NCBI GenBank assembly: GCA_947594935.1
Contig: CANQEM010000005.1
Span: 2,076-66,075, forward strand
Length of the DNA: 64,000 nt
DNA from: an uncultured Clostridia bacterium
Lineage (GTDB): Bacteria; Bacillota; Clostridia; TANB77; CAG-508
Direction: 5' to 3'
Positions 11,685 to 22,125 of the stretch are shown here, piece after piece (the first letter of the stretch is position 1; each line of letters begins with the position of its first letter). The position numbers and the translations under genes are program-made. The notes under the pieces are model-generated. The model did not search any database. It had not been told where the DNA came from and was given only the letters and a program-made list of their open reading frames with translations.

Positions 11685-11759
11685 ATGACTATTGTAGTGA
11701 AAAAAGTACCAAAATTTTTACGTGGCTTTGTAAAGTTTATTTTTGGAATTAAAGACTAA
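11685..11759 (+). CDS. spoVM: SpoVM-like amphipathic spore-coat peptide (24 aa)
   Basis: AAGGAGG RBS; MTIVVKKVPKFLRGFVKFIFGIKD resembles SpoVM (Pro9, PKFL-G); convergent with rpmB as in Bacillus. Confidence 0.8.
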   Translation: MTIVVKKVPKFLRGFVKFIFGIKD

Positions 11760-11771
11760 GAAAAAAAGAGC

Positions 11772-11969
11772 TTATGCTCTTTTTACTTTTCCATTTTTTA
11801 AACATTTTGCACATACATAAATTCTCTTTACTTGACCGTCAACTTCTGCTTTTACGCTTCTTAGATTTGGCTTCCAAGTACGAGCTGACCTTTTACTGAT
11901 ATGTGAACGTGTAATACTTAATTTATTTCCATTACTTTGTGTTTTATCACAAATTGCGCATTTTGCCAT
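11772..11969 (-). CDS. rpmB: 50S ribosomal protein L28
   Basis: MAKCAICDK...RTWKPNL...VCAKCLK; GGAGG RBS before ATG 11969. Confidence 0.95.
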   Translation of the reverse strand: MAKCAICDKTQSNGNKLSITRSHISKRSARTWKPNLRSVKAEVDGQVKRIYVCAKCLKNGKVKRA

Positions 11970-12056
11970 AATTAGCACCTCCTACATTTAAAATAAACTG
12001 ACTATTTATAAGTGTATCACAAAATTAGAAAAAAAACAAGTATTTTTCAAAATTTA

Positions 12057-13490
12057 TTAAATCTTTGCGATTCCACCCATAATTTTACTATAAGATGCAC
12101 GGTTTAATAATTTTGCTCCACCAGAAATAACAACTGTGTCACCTTTTTCAAGAACTCCTTGTTTTTGTAACTTTTGAATTCCTTTTTCTACTGTTTTATC
12201 AATATTTTCTTGTGCCTCAATATATACTGGTGTTACATTCCATGCTACTGATAATTGGTTGAAAGTTCTTCTATTGTCTGTGATTGCTAATATTGGGCAA
12301 CCAGCTCCTAAGCCTGATAGTCTTCTTGCTGAATCACCAGTGTTTGTGTAGCATACAATTGCATCAGCATTTATATTCATTGCCATTGTGCATATTGCGT
12401 AAGCAATCTCTGTTTCAAAATCTGTTAAATCTATATTGTCATTGTTTTTAAATCTTTTCCAATAGTCAATGTCATTTTCTGTTCTTTTTGCTATTTTAAC
12501 CATTGTTTTAACACATTCTACTGGGTATTTTCCCATAGCACATTCACCTGAAAGCATTATAGCACTTGTTCTATCATAAATTGCGTTTGCCACATCACTT
12601 GCTTCTGCTCTTGTTGGTAGTGGGTTATATGTCATGCTTTCTAGCATTTGTGTTGCTGTAATTGCTGGTTTATTTGATCTATTTGATAATTTTATAAATT
12701 TCTTTTGCATAATTGGTGGTTCTGTAAAGTCTGTTTCTGTTGCCATATCTCCACGGGCAATCATTTGTGCATCAGCATTTTCAATGATTTCTTCCATGTT
12801 TTGTAGACCTTCTACATTTTCTACTTTTGTAACAATTTTAATATCTTTACCACCGTTTTCATCTAATACTTTTCTAACTTGGTCTATGTCATCTTTATTT
12901 CTTGTAAATGACATTGCAACAAAGTCATAATCATGTTCACATGCTGTTTTTAAGTCTGCAATATCTTTATCTTTTAAAGCTGGTAGACGTACTGCTGTTC
13001 CTGGTAAGTTCATTGTTTTTCTGCTTCCAAGTCCATTTCCATGTACTACTGTACAAACAATGTCTTTATTAACAATTTCATCTACTACTAATTCAATAGC
13101 TCCATCATCAATCAATATTTTTGCACCTGGTACTATATCTTTATATAGTTCTTTATATGTTACAGATACTTTATCTTTATCTCCTACAATATCTTCATTT
13201 ACAAGTGTAAATTTTTGACCATCTTCTAATTGAATTTTTTCATTTTTACCAGTTACTAACATTCCTGTTCTGATTTCTGGTCCTTGCATGTCTAATAATA
13301 GTCCTATTGGTAAGTCAAGTTCTTTTCTTAATCTGATAACTTCTTCTGTTTTTTCAGCTTGTTCTTCCCAACTTCCATGTGAATAATTTATTCTACAAAC
13401 ATTTAAACCTTCTTTCATTAGTTCTTCTAATCGGTATTCACTTGCAGGTCCGATTGTTCCTACTATTTTTGTCTTTCTTAGTTCTTTCAT
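12057..13490 (-). CDS. pyk: Pyruvate kinase
   Basis: RKTKIVGTIGPAS, RINYSHG, GPEIRTG, IARGD, TQMLESM, PTRAEASDVANA. Confidence 0.97.
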   Translation of the reverse strand: MKELRKTKIVGTIGPASEYRLEELMKEGLNVCRINYSHGSWEEQAEKTEEVIRLRKELDLPIGLLLDMQGPEIRTGMLVTGKNEKIQLEDGQKFTLVNEDIVGDKDKVSVTYKELYKDIVPGAKILIDDGAIELVVDEIVNKDIVCTVVHGNGLGSRKTMNLPGTAVRLPALKDKDIADLKTACEHDYDFVAMSFTRNKDDIDQVRKVLDENGGKDIKIVTKVENVEGLQNMEEIIENADAQMIARGDMATETDFTEPPIMQKKFIKLSNRSNKPAITATQMLESMTYNPLPTRAEASDVANAIYDRTSAIMLSGECAMGKYPVECVKTMVKIAKRTENDIDYWKRFKNNDNIDLTDFETEIAYAICTMAMNINADAIVCYTNTGDSARRLSGLGAGCPILAITDNRRTFNQLSVAWNVTPVYIEAQENIDKTVEKGIQKLQKQGVLEKGDTVVISGGAKLLNRASYSKIMGGIAKI

Positions 13491-13575
13491 AAAAATTTTC
13501 CTTTCTAAATAATTTTTAACCGCGGTATATTATATCAAATTTATATACAAAATTCAACACTTTACTCCAATTTTT

Positions 13576-14295
13576 TTAAAATAATGTGACAAGTGCGTGT
13601 AAGATTTTTTCATCTTGGCTATATATACATACTGTATGTTTATTGTCATTTATTGCATATTTGCATTTTAAAGTATCACCTAGTTTTATTTCTTTTTTAT
13701 ATTGTATTTGAATTTCATTAAAAGGTCTTTTTTGATAGATTTCTTCTGGTAGGGCTTCATATGCAAGGTCTAAATAATACAAATTGTGCATGTGCCCATT
13801 TATATCAATATCTCGCCTTTTAACTGTGTACTCTACTTCATTTGAAAATGTTTCTGGCACTTTAATTTTCTCTAATTCACGGTTTTCAAACACACTTTTA
13901 TCTTCTAGCTCATAATTTTCCATTATGCCATCTAATTTTGTTATTCTATTTGTTTCTATATTTAATAAAGCCCATTTTGAAGTTCCTATTGCACATAGTG
14001 TTCCTTGACCATCATACATTTCAAAATCACGGCATGTATGAAGCTTTTCAGCATCTCTGCCCCATGTTTCTATACGAATATCTTGTCCATATTTTGGTCT
14101 ATTTAAGACTTTTAATTTCCAACCTAATAAAATCCATGCTAGTTTTGTTCTTTGAATATCGTTGGCACCAAAACCTGCTAAGTCTGAATGGTAACCTCCG
14201 ATATTCTCAAACATTTCTAGTATAGATTTATTTTTTATTAAATTATCTTTTCCAATATCCTTTACACCTGTTTTAAAACTGCATTTAAAAATCAT
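13576..14295 (-). CDS. Acyl-ACP thioesterase
   Basis: DIDINGHMHNLYY, W-I-L-x-x-W-x-L, CRDF. Confidence 0.88.
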   Translation of the reverse strand: MIFKCSFKTGVKDIGKDNLIKNKSILEMFENIGGYHSDLAGFGANDIQRTKLAWILLGWKLKVLNRPKYGQDIRIETWGRDAEKLHTCRDFEMYDGQGTLCAIGTSKWALLNIETNRITKLDGIMENYELEDKSVFENRELEKIKVPETFSNEVEYTVKRRDIDINGHMHNLYYLDLAYEALPEEIYQKRPFNEIQIQYKKEIKLGDTLKCKYAINDNKHTVCIYSQDEKILHALVTLF

Positions 14296-14311
14296 CTGTA
14301 AACATCCCTTT

Positions 14312-15622
14312 CTAGTATCCCGGCTTTTCTAATAGGTGGAACATATTCTTTTTGTATTCTTCTACACCTGGTTGATTAAAAGGGTTTACTCCAAGCAACA
14401 TTCCTGACATTGCACAAGCTTTTTCAAAGAAATATAGTAATTCTCCAAGATTTTCTTCATCTAATTGATTCATTTCTAATATTAGATTTGGAACATCTCC
14501 TGTTCCATGTGCTTGTACTGTTCCTTCCATTGCTTTTTTATTAACATAGTCCATTGTTTTTCCAGCTAAATAATTCAAACCGTCTAAGTTATCATCATCT
14601 GGGTTTATAGTAATATCACTTTTTGGTGTTTTTATTGAAATTACTGTTTCAAATAAATCACGCCTTCCATCTTGAATATATTGACCCATTGAGTGTAAAT
14701 CTGTTGTAAAATCTACACCTGCTGGAAAAATTCCCTTTTTATCTTTTCCTTCACTCTCACCATATAGTTGTTTCCACCACTCAGTAAAATAGTGCATTTT
14801 TGGTTCATAGTTAACTAATATTTCTACATTTTTTGAGAATTTTTTATGTAAAATATTTCTTAATACTGCATACTGATAACACTCATTGTATTTTATATCA
14901 GGGTCATCAAATCTGTCTTGTGCAGTTTTTGCCCCTTTCATCAATTTATCAATATTTATACCTGCTGTTGCAATTGGCAATAACCCAACTGCTGTTAGAA
15001 CTGAATATCTTCCGCCTATATTATCTGGTACAACAAATTGCTCATACCCTTCATTTTCAGCTAATGTTTTTAAAGCTCCCTTTTCTTTGTCTGTTGTTGC
15101 ATATATTCTACTACGAGCTTCATCAATTCCATATTTGTTTTCCAAAATTTCTCTGAAAATTCTGAATGCAATTGCTGGTTCTGTTGTTGTTCCAGATTTT
15201 GATATTACATTTACTGAAAAATCTTTGTTACCTATATATTCAATAAGTTCATTTATATAGTTAGGGCTTAAATTGTTTCCAACATATAAAATTTGAGGAA
15301 ATTTCCTTTGTTTTTCTGGCAATAAGTTATAAAATGTACTTGTTAAGCTTTCAATAACTGCTCTTGCTCCTAAATATGACCCACCTATACCTATTACAAC
15401 TAAAATTTCTGATTCTTTTGCTATTTTCTTAGCTGCTTGTTTTATTCTCTTAAATTCGCTTTTGTCATAATTTGTTGGCAAGTTTAACCACCCAACAAAG
15501 TCATCTGGGTCATCTGCTCTTTTGTTTAATTCTTCATGAATCGCCTTTACCTTTTTGTTGTATTCTCCAATCATTTTTTTAGTAACATTTGCATGTTTGA
15601 AATTTAATTTTACATTTGCCAT
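14312..15622 (-). CDS. pgi: Glucose-6-phosphate isomerase
   Basis: [41 protein letters not shown]. Confidence 0.97.
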   Translation of the reverse strand: MANVKLNFKHANVTKKMIGEYNKKVKAIHEELNKRADDPDDFVGWLNLPTNYDKSEFKRIKQAAKKIAKESEILVVIGIGGSYLGARAVIESLTSTFYNLLPEKQRKFPQILYVGNNLSPNYINELIEYIGNKDFSVNVISKSGTTTEPAIAFRIFREILENKYGIDEARSRIYATTDKEKGALKTLAENEGYEQFVVPDNIGGRYSVLTAVGLLPIATAGINIDKLMKGAKTAQDRFDDPDIKYNECYQYAVLRNILHKKFSKNVEILVNYEPKMHYFTEWWKQLYGESEGKDKKGIFPAGVDFTTDLHSMGQYIQDGRRDLFETVISIKTPKSDITINPDDDNLDGLNYLAGKTMDYVNKKAMEGTVQAHGTGDVPNLILEMNQLDEENLGELLYFFEKACAMSGMLLGVNPFNQPGVEEYKKNMFHLLEKPGY

Positions 15623-15650
15623 AATATATTCCTCCTTTTATCTCTTGTTT

Positions 15651-16451
15651 TTACATTCTTGTTATATATAGCATAATTATTGCTAACCCTACAATTACTC
15701 TGTATATTGCAAATACTTTGAAACTGCCTTTTTGTAAATATCTTAATAAAAATTTAATTACAAGTAAGCCAACTAAAAAGCTTGCAACAACTCCAACAGC
15801 AAAAGGTATATTGAATACAAAATCTTTGAATTTATATAATGTTGCTCCTAATACAATTGGTGCTGATAGCATAAAAGAATATTTGGCTGTTGATTCCCTA
15901 TCTACTCCCATCATTCTGCCTGTTGTCATTGTTACACCTGAACGTGAAACACCTGGTATAAAGGCTAAGGCTTGTGATAGTCCAATTAAAAATGTTTGCT
16001 TAAAAGTCATGTCCTCATATTTTGTTTTTGATGGTGCTTTTTTATCTACAATATATAGTATAATTCCCATTATAATAAGTGCGATTGCAATAAGTAATGG
16101 CATTTTTGCTAAACTATCACCTAAGAAGTGATCTAATAAAAAGCCTATTGCTCCACCTGGTAATGTTGCAATTACTATGTACCAAAACATTCTGCCTTCT
16201 GTTGTTTTTTCTTTTTTTACTACTTGCTTATATCCACCTTTTATTAAACTTATCCAGTCGTTGAAAAAGAATAGTCCTATTGCTAGTAATGTACCAAAAT
16301 GCAGAGCTACATCAAAGCTTTCTGGCACCTGCCAATTAAATATCCAAGGTATTAAATTCAAATGTGCCGAACTTGATATTGGTAGTAATTCAGTTAACCC
16401 CTGAACTACCCCTAATACTAGTGCCTGCATTATTTCTATCATTTTATCCAC
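15651..16451 (-). CDS. uppP: Undecaprenyl-diphosphatase
   Basis: GVVQGLTELLPISSSAH, PGVSRSGVT. Confidence 0.95.
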   Translation of the reverse strand: MDKMIEIMQALVLGVVQGLTELLPISSSAHLNLIPWIFNWQVPESFDVALHFGTLLAIGLFFFNDWISLIKGGYKQVVKKEKTTEGRMFWYIVIATLPGGAIGFLLDHFLGDSLAKMPLLIAIALIIMGIILYIVDKKAPSKTKYEDMTFKQTFLIGLSQALAFIPGVSRSGVTMTTGRMMGVDRESTAKYSFMLSAPIVLGATLYKFKDFVFNIPFAVGVVASFLVGLLVIKFLLRYLQKGSFKVFAIYRVIVGLAIIMLYITRM

Positions 16452-16465
16452 ATTCCTTTCAATTT

Positions 16466-17710
16466 CTAAAATTCTCTATATTTTTCTTCTTCTGACAAAG
16501 TATTCTCTGTTCTTTCTATTTCTTCTTTTTTATGTTTGTTTCTGTTCAACATTTCAATATCACTATAACTTAACTGCCTTGTGATTTCAAACATTTTTTC
16601 AAGATGTTCTTTTGCCTTATTTTTATTATTGTCTATTTTTTCTTGTTCTTCTTCATTTTCAATATCTTCATCTAAATTAAATGGTATTGCAATTTTTGCA
16701 AGAATTGGTATAAAAATTGGCTCACTTTTAATTTTTGGTACTATTTTTTTAGCATTTGCATCAATTGCTGTATTTGCATATTGAATTGCTGTATCTTTGT
16801 TTCCTTTTATCAATTCTATTTTAGCTAATTCGAAATATGCGTCTGGGGCTAATTCTTCGTCCTCAGTTACCTGCATAAAATATTTTTGTGCTTCTTCTAC
16901 TTCTTTATAAATCAAAGCAATTTCAGCCAAAGAATATTTTGCACTATATAATAAGTGGTTTATATCTGCCGCTCTTTCATAACAAATTTTTGCACTTTCA
17001 AAGTCATTTAACATTGTATATGCAATTCCTAGATTGTAGTATAAATCATAATTTCCTGGGTTGTGTTTTAATGCTTCTTGATAAATATTTGTTGCTTCTT
17101 TATACATTTCTTTTTGTAGTAAAATATCTCCTAATAATAAACTTGCTTCACAATAGTCTGGTTTCTTTTTTAGTAAATTCGTTAACATTTCTGCTGCTTC
17201 GTCTTGTTTATCAAATCCATTTAATAATTCTGCTACTTTAAAATATGAATCATAATCTCTTTTATGAATATCAATTGCTTGGACATATTCATCAATTGCT
17301 TTCCTCATACCGCCTTCATTCTCATATATTTCAGCTAGTCTTTTGTGTCCTTGATAATTTTCTGGATATTTTGTTACTAAATGAATTAGTGCTTGTTTTG
17401 CTTTTTTATTATCTCCTAATTTTAGGTATATGTTGGCTTTTGTAATATCAATAATTTCTGTAAGTGGTATGTTTTGTTTTTCTAATACAAGAATAATAAC
17501 TGGCACAAAAATTCCGATAATGTATTTAATTACCATGAAAATCCAGTTGAGTTCAATTTTGAATATTGCTTCAAAGAAGTTTAATGCAAGTGCTATTGCT
17601 TGTAAGATGATAATCATTACATAACTTGTATCGTTTTTCTTTATGATATTGTAGAAAAAATATGCGAATATACAAATTGTTACCACTGCAAAAATAAGTT
17701 GTTCTACCAT
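16466..17710 (-). CDS. Membrane-anchored TPR-repeat protein
   Basis: Three N-terminal TM segments then TPR-like repeats (LYYNLGIAY, AYFELAKI). Confidence 0.8.
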   Translation of the reverse strand: MVEQLIFAVVTICIFAYFFYNIIKKNDTSYVMIIILQAIALALNFFEAIFKIELNWIFMVIKYIIGIFVPVIILVLEKQNIPLTEIIDITKANIYLKLGDNKKAKQALIHLVTKYPENYQGHKRLAEIYENEGGMRKAIDEYVQAIDIHKRDYDSYFKVAELLNGFDKQDEAAEMLTNLLKKKPDYCEASLLLGDILLQKEMYKEATNIYQEALKHNPGNYDLYYNLGIAYTMLNDFESAKICYERAADINHLLYSAKYSLAEIALIYKEVEEAQKYFMQVTEDEELAPDAYFELAKIELIKGNKDTAIQYANTAIDANAKKIVPKIKSEPIFIPILAKIAIPFNLDEDIENEEEQEKIDNNKNKAKEHLEKMFEITRQLSYSDIEMLNRNKHKKEEIERTENTLSEEEKYREF

Positions 17711-17781
17711 AAAATTACTCCTTCCTTTTTACTTCAAATTTCTCTTCTATTTTATTGCATTTTTCTTAATTTGTCTAGTAG

Positions 17782-18345
17782 TTAGTATAGATTTTGATAA
17801 ATTTTGTAGTCTCTTAAAATTTTTCTTATGTATTGGTTGGTTTCTCTATATGGTACATTTTCTATGTCTGTGCCATCTGCTTTTATAACTTTTCTTTCTA
17901 TCCACGAATCTACAATTCCTGTTCCTGCATTATATGCAGCAAGTGCCACTTCTATTTTTTTATACTTTTCTAGTAAAATTGATATATATTTTGTTCCTAA
18001 CTCTATGTTGACTTCTGGTTTGAGTAGTTCTTCCCCTATGTTTTCATATTTCCTCGGTGGTTCTAATTTAATTGCTACATCATTTGCGGTTTCTTCCATG
18101 AGCTGCATCAAGCCTTTCGCGCCTTTTGAAGATTCTGCGTTAACATTAAAATTGCTTTCTGCTTTTATAATAGCAAAAATCAGATTTTCATTTACTTGAT
18201 ATTTTTCTGCATATACTTTTACAAAGTTTTCATATTTTTGTGGATATATAATTTTCATAATCTTTTTTCTAAATTGTGTTGGTGCTACTATTATCGCTAT
18301 ACATATTAGTAGCAGTATTACTATTATATTTTTAATTTTTCTTAT
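17782..18345 (-). CDS. Lytic transglycosylase (SLT family), N-terminal membrane anchor
   Basis: AIIKAESNF, GAKGLMQLM, ALAAYNAG, ETNQY; start uncertain, ATA at 18345 lies 6 nt behind GGGGAG. Confidence 0.85.
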   Translation of the reverse strand: MRKIKNIIVILLLICIAIIVAPTQFRKKIMKIIYPQKYENFVKVYAEKYQVNENLIFAIIKAESNFNVNAESSKGAKGLMQLMEETANDVAIKLEPPRKYENIGEELLKPEVNIELGTKYISILLEKYKKIEVALAAYNAGTGIVDSWIERKVIKADGTDIENVPYRETNQYIRKILRDYKIYQNLY

Positions 18346-18358
18346 GTTAATCTCCCCT

Positions 18359-21067
18359 TTACTTGCAATCGTACCAATTAGTTGCTTCTGAAATATCTGC
18401 AATTAGTGGTACATCTAAATTGACTGCTGTCTCCATTTCATTTTTTAATATTTGCTTAACTTTTTCAATTTCAGCTTTTGGTGTTTCTATCATCATTTCA
18501 TCATGAACTTGTAACACAATTTTAGCTTTTAAATTTTCTTCTTTTAATTTGTTATACACCCTTATCATTGCAATTTTCATGATGTCTGCTGCTGTTCCTT
18601 GAATTGGTGTGTTCATTGCTGCTCTTGAACCAAACTGCCTAACCATATAATTATTAGATTTAAGTTCTGGAATATATCTTCTCCTATGAAATAGGGTTTC
18701 AACATAACCTTTATTTTTTGCTTCTTCTGTTATGTTTTCCATATAGTTCTTTATTCCTTGATATTCAGCTAAATATTCATCAATATATTGCTTTGCTTGT
18801 TTTCTTCCTATTCCTAATTGTTCACTTAAACCGAAGTCGCTTATTCCGTACACTATTCCAAAATTTACAGCTTTTGCACTTGACCTTTGCTCTTTTGTTA
18901 CTTCATCAATTGGAGTTTTAAATACTTTTGATGCTGCTTGTTTATGAATATCTTCATTATTTTTAAATGCTTGTATCATGTGCTTATCTTGTGAAATATG
19001 TGCTAAAACTCTAAGTTCTATTTGTGAATAGTCTGCATCAATATATACTTTACCATCTTCTGGTTCAAATATTTTTCTTACTTGTTTTCCAAGTTCAAAT
19101 CTTGTTGGAATATTTTGTAAATTTGGTTCTGTTGAGCTTATTCTACCTGTTGCTGTGATTGTTTGATGGAAAAATGAGTGAATTCTTTTTGTAACTGAGT
19201 TTATATATGGTTTTAAGCCTTCAACATAAGTAGAGTTCAATTTCATTAGTTGCCTGTAATCTAAAATTTCTTCGATAATAGGGTCTTCTTTTTTTAGTTT
19301 TTCTAAAACATCTACATCTGTTGAATAACCACTCTTTGTTTTTTTGATTACTGGTAATTTTTTCTTTTCAAATAGTATTTCGCCTAATTGCTTAGTTGAG
19401 TTGATGTTAAACTCCTCTCCTGCCATTTCATAAATGATTTTAGTTTTGATTTCTAGTTGCTCTTTTAATAAATTTCCAAATTTATCTAGTTCTTCTTTGT
19501 TTGCATACATTCCATTCCACTGCATTTCAGATAAAACTTCCACTGTTGGAATTTCAATGTCTTTGAACAACTCTAAACTTCCTATTTGCTCTAACTTTTC
19601 AGTTAACTTGGTTTCTAGTTGTTTAATAATATATGTTTTAAAAGCTAATTTTTCTGTGTTATATTTTTTTAATTCATCATCATTTTTTTCAGCCATTTCA
19701 AATAAATTCATCTGTGTTTCAGTTTCTTCTGGTTTTTTGATATAATCATCTATATTTATTCCAAGTTCAGTTTCTGCAATGTCATTAAGTGTTAACTTGT
19801 TGTTTGTTGGGTTTAATAGATATTGAGCAATTTTTGCATCAAAATCTAAACCATTTAACTTTATGCCTTCTTGTTTTAATAAGATATATGTTTTACTTAA
19901 ATGTGTTCCTACTTTTTTTATATTTATATTTTCTAGGACTTCTTGAAATTCCTGTATTTTATGATTTTTTGACAAATCAACTATATATACTTGTTTTTCT
20001 GCATATATTCCGATTGATGTTATTTTTTCTTTGATAATTTTTTCTGGGCTATCGTCTTTGTTGGTTTCTATTTCAAATATCATTTTATTTTCAAGTTTTA
20101 TATTTGAAATTGCTTCTTCAACTTCATCTTCTTTTATTTGATATGTTTCTTGCTTTTCTTCTAATTGTGTGCTTTCTTCGCCTTCTAAATTAAATTTTTC
20201 TATGTATCTTTTAAAATTCAGTTCTTTAAATAATCTTAAAACTTCTTGCTTGTTCCAATCTTGTATCTTCAATTCTGCTAATGTATCTTTAATTGGTACC
20301 TCGCAATTTATTGTTCCTAAGGTTCTTGAAAGTTCTGCTAATTCCTTGTTATTTTCTATATTTTCCTTTTGCTTACCTTTTAAATTTGTTTCTCCCGCTT
20401 CTACTTTCTTATATAAATCATCAATTGTTCCATATTCTTGTATCAACTTCAAAGCTGTTTTTTCGCCAATTCCTGGCACTCCTGGAATATTATCTGATGT
20501 ATCGCCTTGTAAACCTTTTACTTCAATTAACTGTTTTGGTTTAATCCCATAAGTTTCTATTATTTTGGATTCATTGTATAAATCTGTTTCAGTTTTTCCA
20601 CCTTTTGTATGTGGTATTCTTATTGTTATATTGTTTGTTGCTAATTGAAAAGTATCTCTATCTCCTGAAAGAATTGTAACTTCTAGTCCCTCTTTTTCTC
20701 CATATCTTGACAATGTTCCAAGTATATCATCTGCCTCATAGCCTTCCATTTCAATAATGTCAATATTCATCGCTCTTAATACTTCTTTTATCATTGGCAT
20801 TTGCATAGCTAGTTCATCTGGCATTCCTTTTCTTGTTGCTTTATACCCCTCATACATTTTATGCCTAGCAGTTGGAGCTTTTAAATCAAAAGCCACCGCC
20901 ATATATTGTGGTTTTACATCATCTAAAAGTTTAAATAGTATTGCTAAAAAGCCATATACAGCATTTGTATATTTTCCATCTTTTGTTGTGAGCATTTTAC
21001 TTCCCATTATCCCATAAAAAGCTCTATTCATTATGCTGTTTCCATCAATCAATACTAATTTTTCCAT
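18359..21067 (-). CDS. polA: DNA polymerase I
   Basis: LIDGNS 5'-exo start, DYSQIELR, KAVNFGIVYG, LQVHDE. Confidence 0.97.
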   Translation of the reverse strand: MEKLVLIDGNSIMNRAFYGIMGSKMLTTKDGKYTNAVYGFLAILFKLLDDVKPQYMAVAFDLKAPTARHKMYEGYKATRKGMPDELAMQMPMIKEVLRAMNIDIIEMEGYEADDILGTLSRYGEKEGLEVTILSGDRDTFQLATNNITIRIPHTKGGKTETDLYNESKIIETYGIKPKQLIEVKGLQGDTSDNIPGVPGIGEKTALKLIQEYGTIDDLYKKVEAGETNLKGKQKENIENNKELAELSRTLGTINCEVPIKDTLAELKIQDWNKQEVLRLFKELNFKRYIEKFNLEGEESTQLEEKQETYQIKEDEVEEAISNIKLENKMIFEIETNKDDSPEKIIKEKITSIGIYAEKQVYIVDLSKNHKIQEFQEVLENINIKKVGTHLSKTYILLKQEGIKLNGLDFDAKIAQYLLNPTNNKLTLNDIAETELGINIDDYIKKPEETETQMNLFEMAEKNDDELKKYNTEKLAFKTYIIKQLETKLTEKLEQIGSLELFKDIEIPTVEVLSEMQWNGMYANKEELDKFGNLLKEQLEIKTKIIYEMAGEEFNINSTKQLGEILFEKKKLPVIKKTKSGYSTDVDVLEKLKKEDPIIEEILDYRQLMKLNSTYVEGLKPYINSVTKRIHSFFHQTITATGRISSTEPNLQNIPTRFELGKQVRKIFEPEDGKVYIDADYSQIELRVLAHISQDKHMIQAFKNNEDIHKQAASKVFKTPIDEVTKEQRSSAKAVNFGIVYGISDFGLSEQLGIGRKQAKQYIDEYLAEYQGIKNYMENITEEAKNKGYVETLFHRRRYIPELKSNNYMVRQFGSRAAMNTPIQGTAADIMKIAMIRVYNKLKEENLKAKIVLQVHDEMMIETPKAEIEKVKQILKNEMETAVNLDVPLIADISEATNWYDCK

Positions 21068-21085
21068 TTCAAATATTCCTTTCGT

Positions 21086-22111
21086 TTAATTATTAAATAT
21101 TTCATTGACTTTTTCTAATGTTTTACTGCGGTCTAAAATTTTTCCAATTGTTTTTTCTTCAATCTTTCTCCTGATATAGTCTATTATTGAGCCTATTAGT
21201 AGTATGGCAATTGTGCACACAAAGATATGTAATATTAAATTAAGTGTTGGTGCTGTGTAATATGCTTCTGTTTTTAATATTTTTTTCCATACTGCTTCAT
21301 TAAAAAATTCATTATCATGTAACAGCAAAACTCCTAAGCATGATGAAGAAAAAAATGTAATTAGTTTGTTGTTTTTTATTTGCATTTTTTTGAATAAATC
21401 TAATAATAGGACTGCTATAATTATAGACCCAAATTGATTGTTTCTTAAATAAATTCTTTCACTAGCAACAAGTAAACCTCCTAGTATAAATATAATATCA
21501 CCTATCTTATTTTTGAAAATACATACATCAAATTTTGATATATATCCACCAATTAGTGCTACATATAGAACTGATACGATTTCTCCAAAAGGCTCTACAT
21601 CTGTGTTATATATCATACCTAGGCATGTTGGAATTATTGTTATGGCTATACCTAGAATCAATAATAATATTAAATAATTTTGCTTCGTTAATTTATTTAA
21701 TGTTGGTCTTATTAGTGGTATCAATATATAAATTGATAAATATGCAGTTATAAACCAATTTACTTTAAATGATATTGGAAATATTGAATATGCTAAATAT
21801 TTTTGAAATTCATCACCTAGTAATACTATCATGACTATGTTTGTAAGTATCGCATAAAATATGGTTTCTAAGATTAGTTTTATTATTTTTTGTACTTTAA
21901 ATTTATACTGGAACAAAAAATATCCTGTTATAATTACAAAACCATTTGAGGCAAGTCTGCCTATAATCAAGCCTATATGTGACACAAATTGGTTACCTAT
22001 CATTGTTTCCGCGTCTTGTATCCCACCATGTAAGCAATAGTGATGTATGATTATCAATATCATACATAATATTCGTAATAGTTCTAAATTTCCTTTTCTT
22101 TCTGATTTCAT
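21086..22111 (-). CDS. Acyltransferase-3 family membrane O-acyltransferase
   Basis: NLELLRILCMILIIIHH, FVIITGYF, WFITAY, multiple TMs. Confidence 0.85.
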   Translation of the reverse strand: MKSERKGNLELLRILCMILIIIHHYCLHGGIQDAETMIGNQFVSHIGLIIGRLASNGFVIITGYFLFQYKFKVQKIIKLILETIFYAILTNIVMIVLLGDEFQKYLAYSIFPISFKVNWFITAYLSIYILIPLIRPTLNKLTKQNYLILLLILGIAITIIPTCLGMIYNTDVEPFGEIVSVLYVALIGGYISKFDVCIFKNKIGDIIFILGGLLVASERIYLRNNQFGSIIIAVLLLDLFKKMQIKNNKLITFFSSSCLGVLLLHDNEFFNEAVWKKILKTEAYYTAPTLNLILHIFVCTIAILLIGSIIDYIRRKIEEKTIGKILDRSKTLEKVNEIFNN

Positions 22112-22125
22112 TTTTTCCTCTCATG

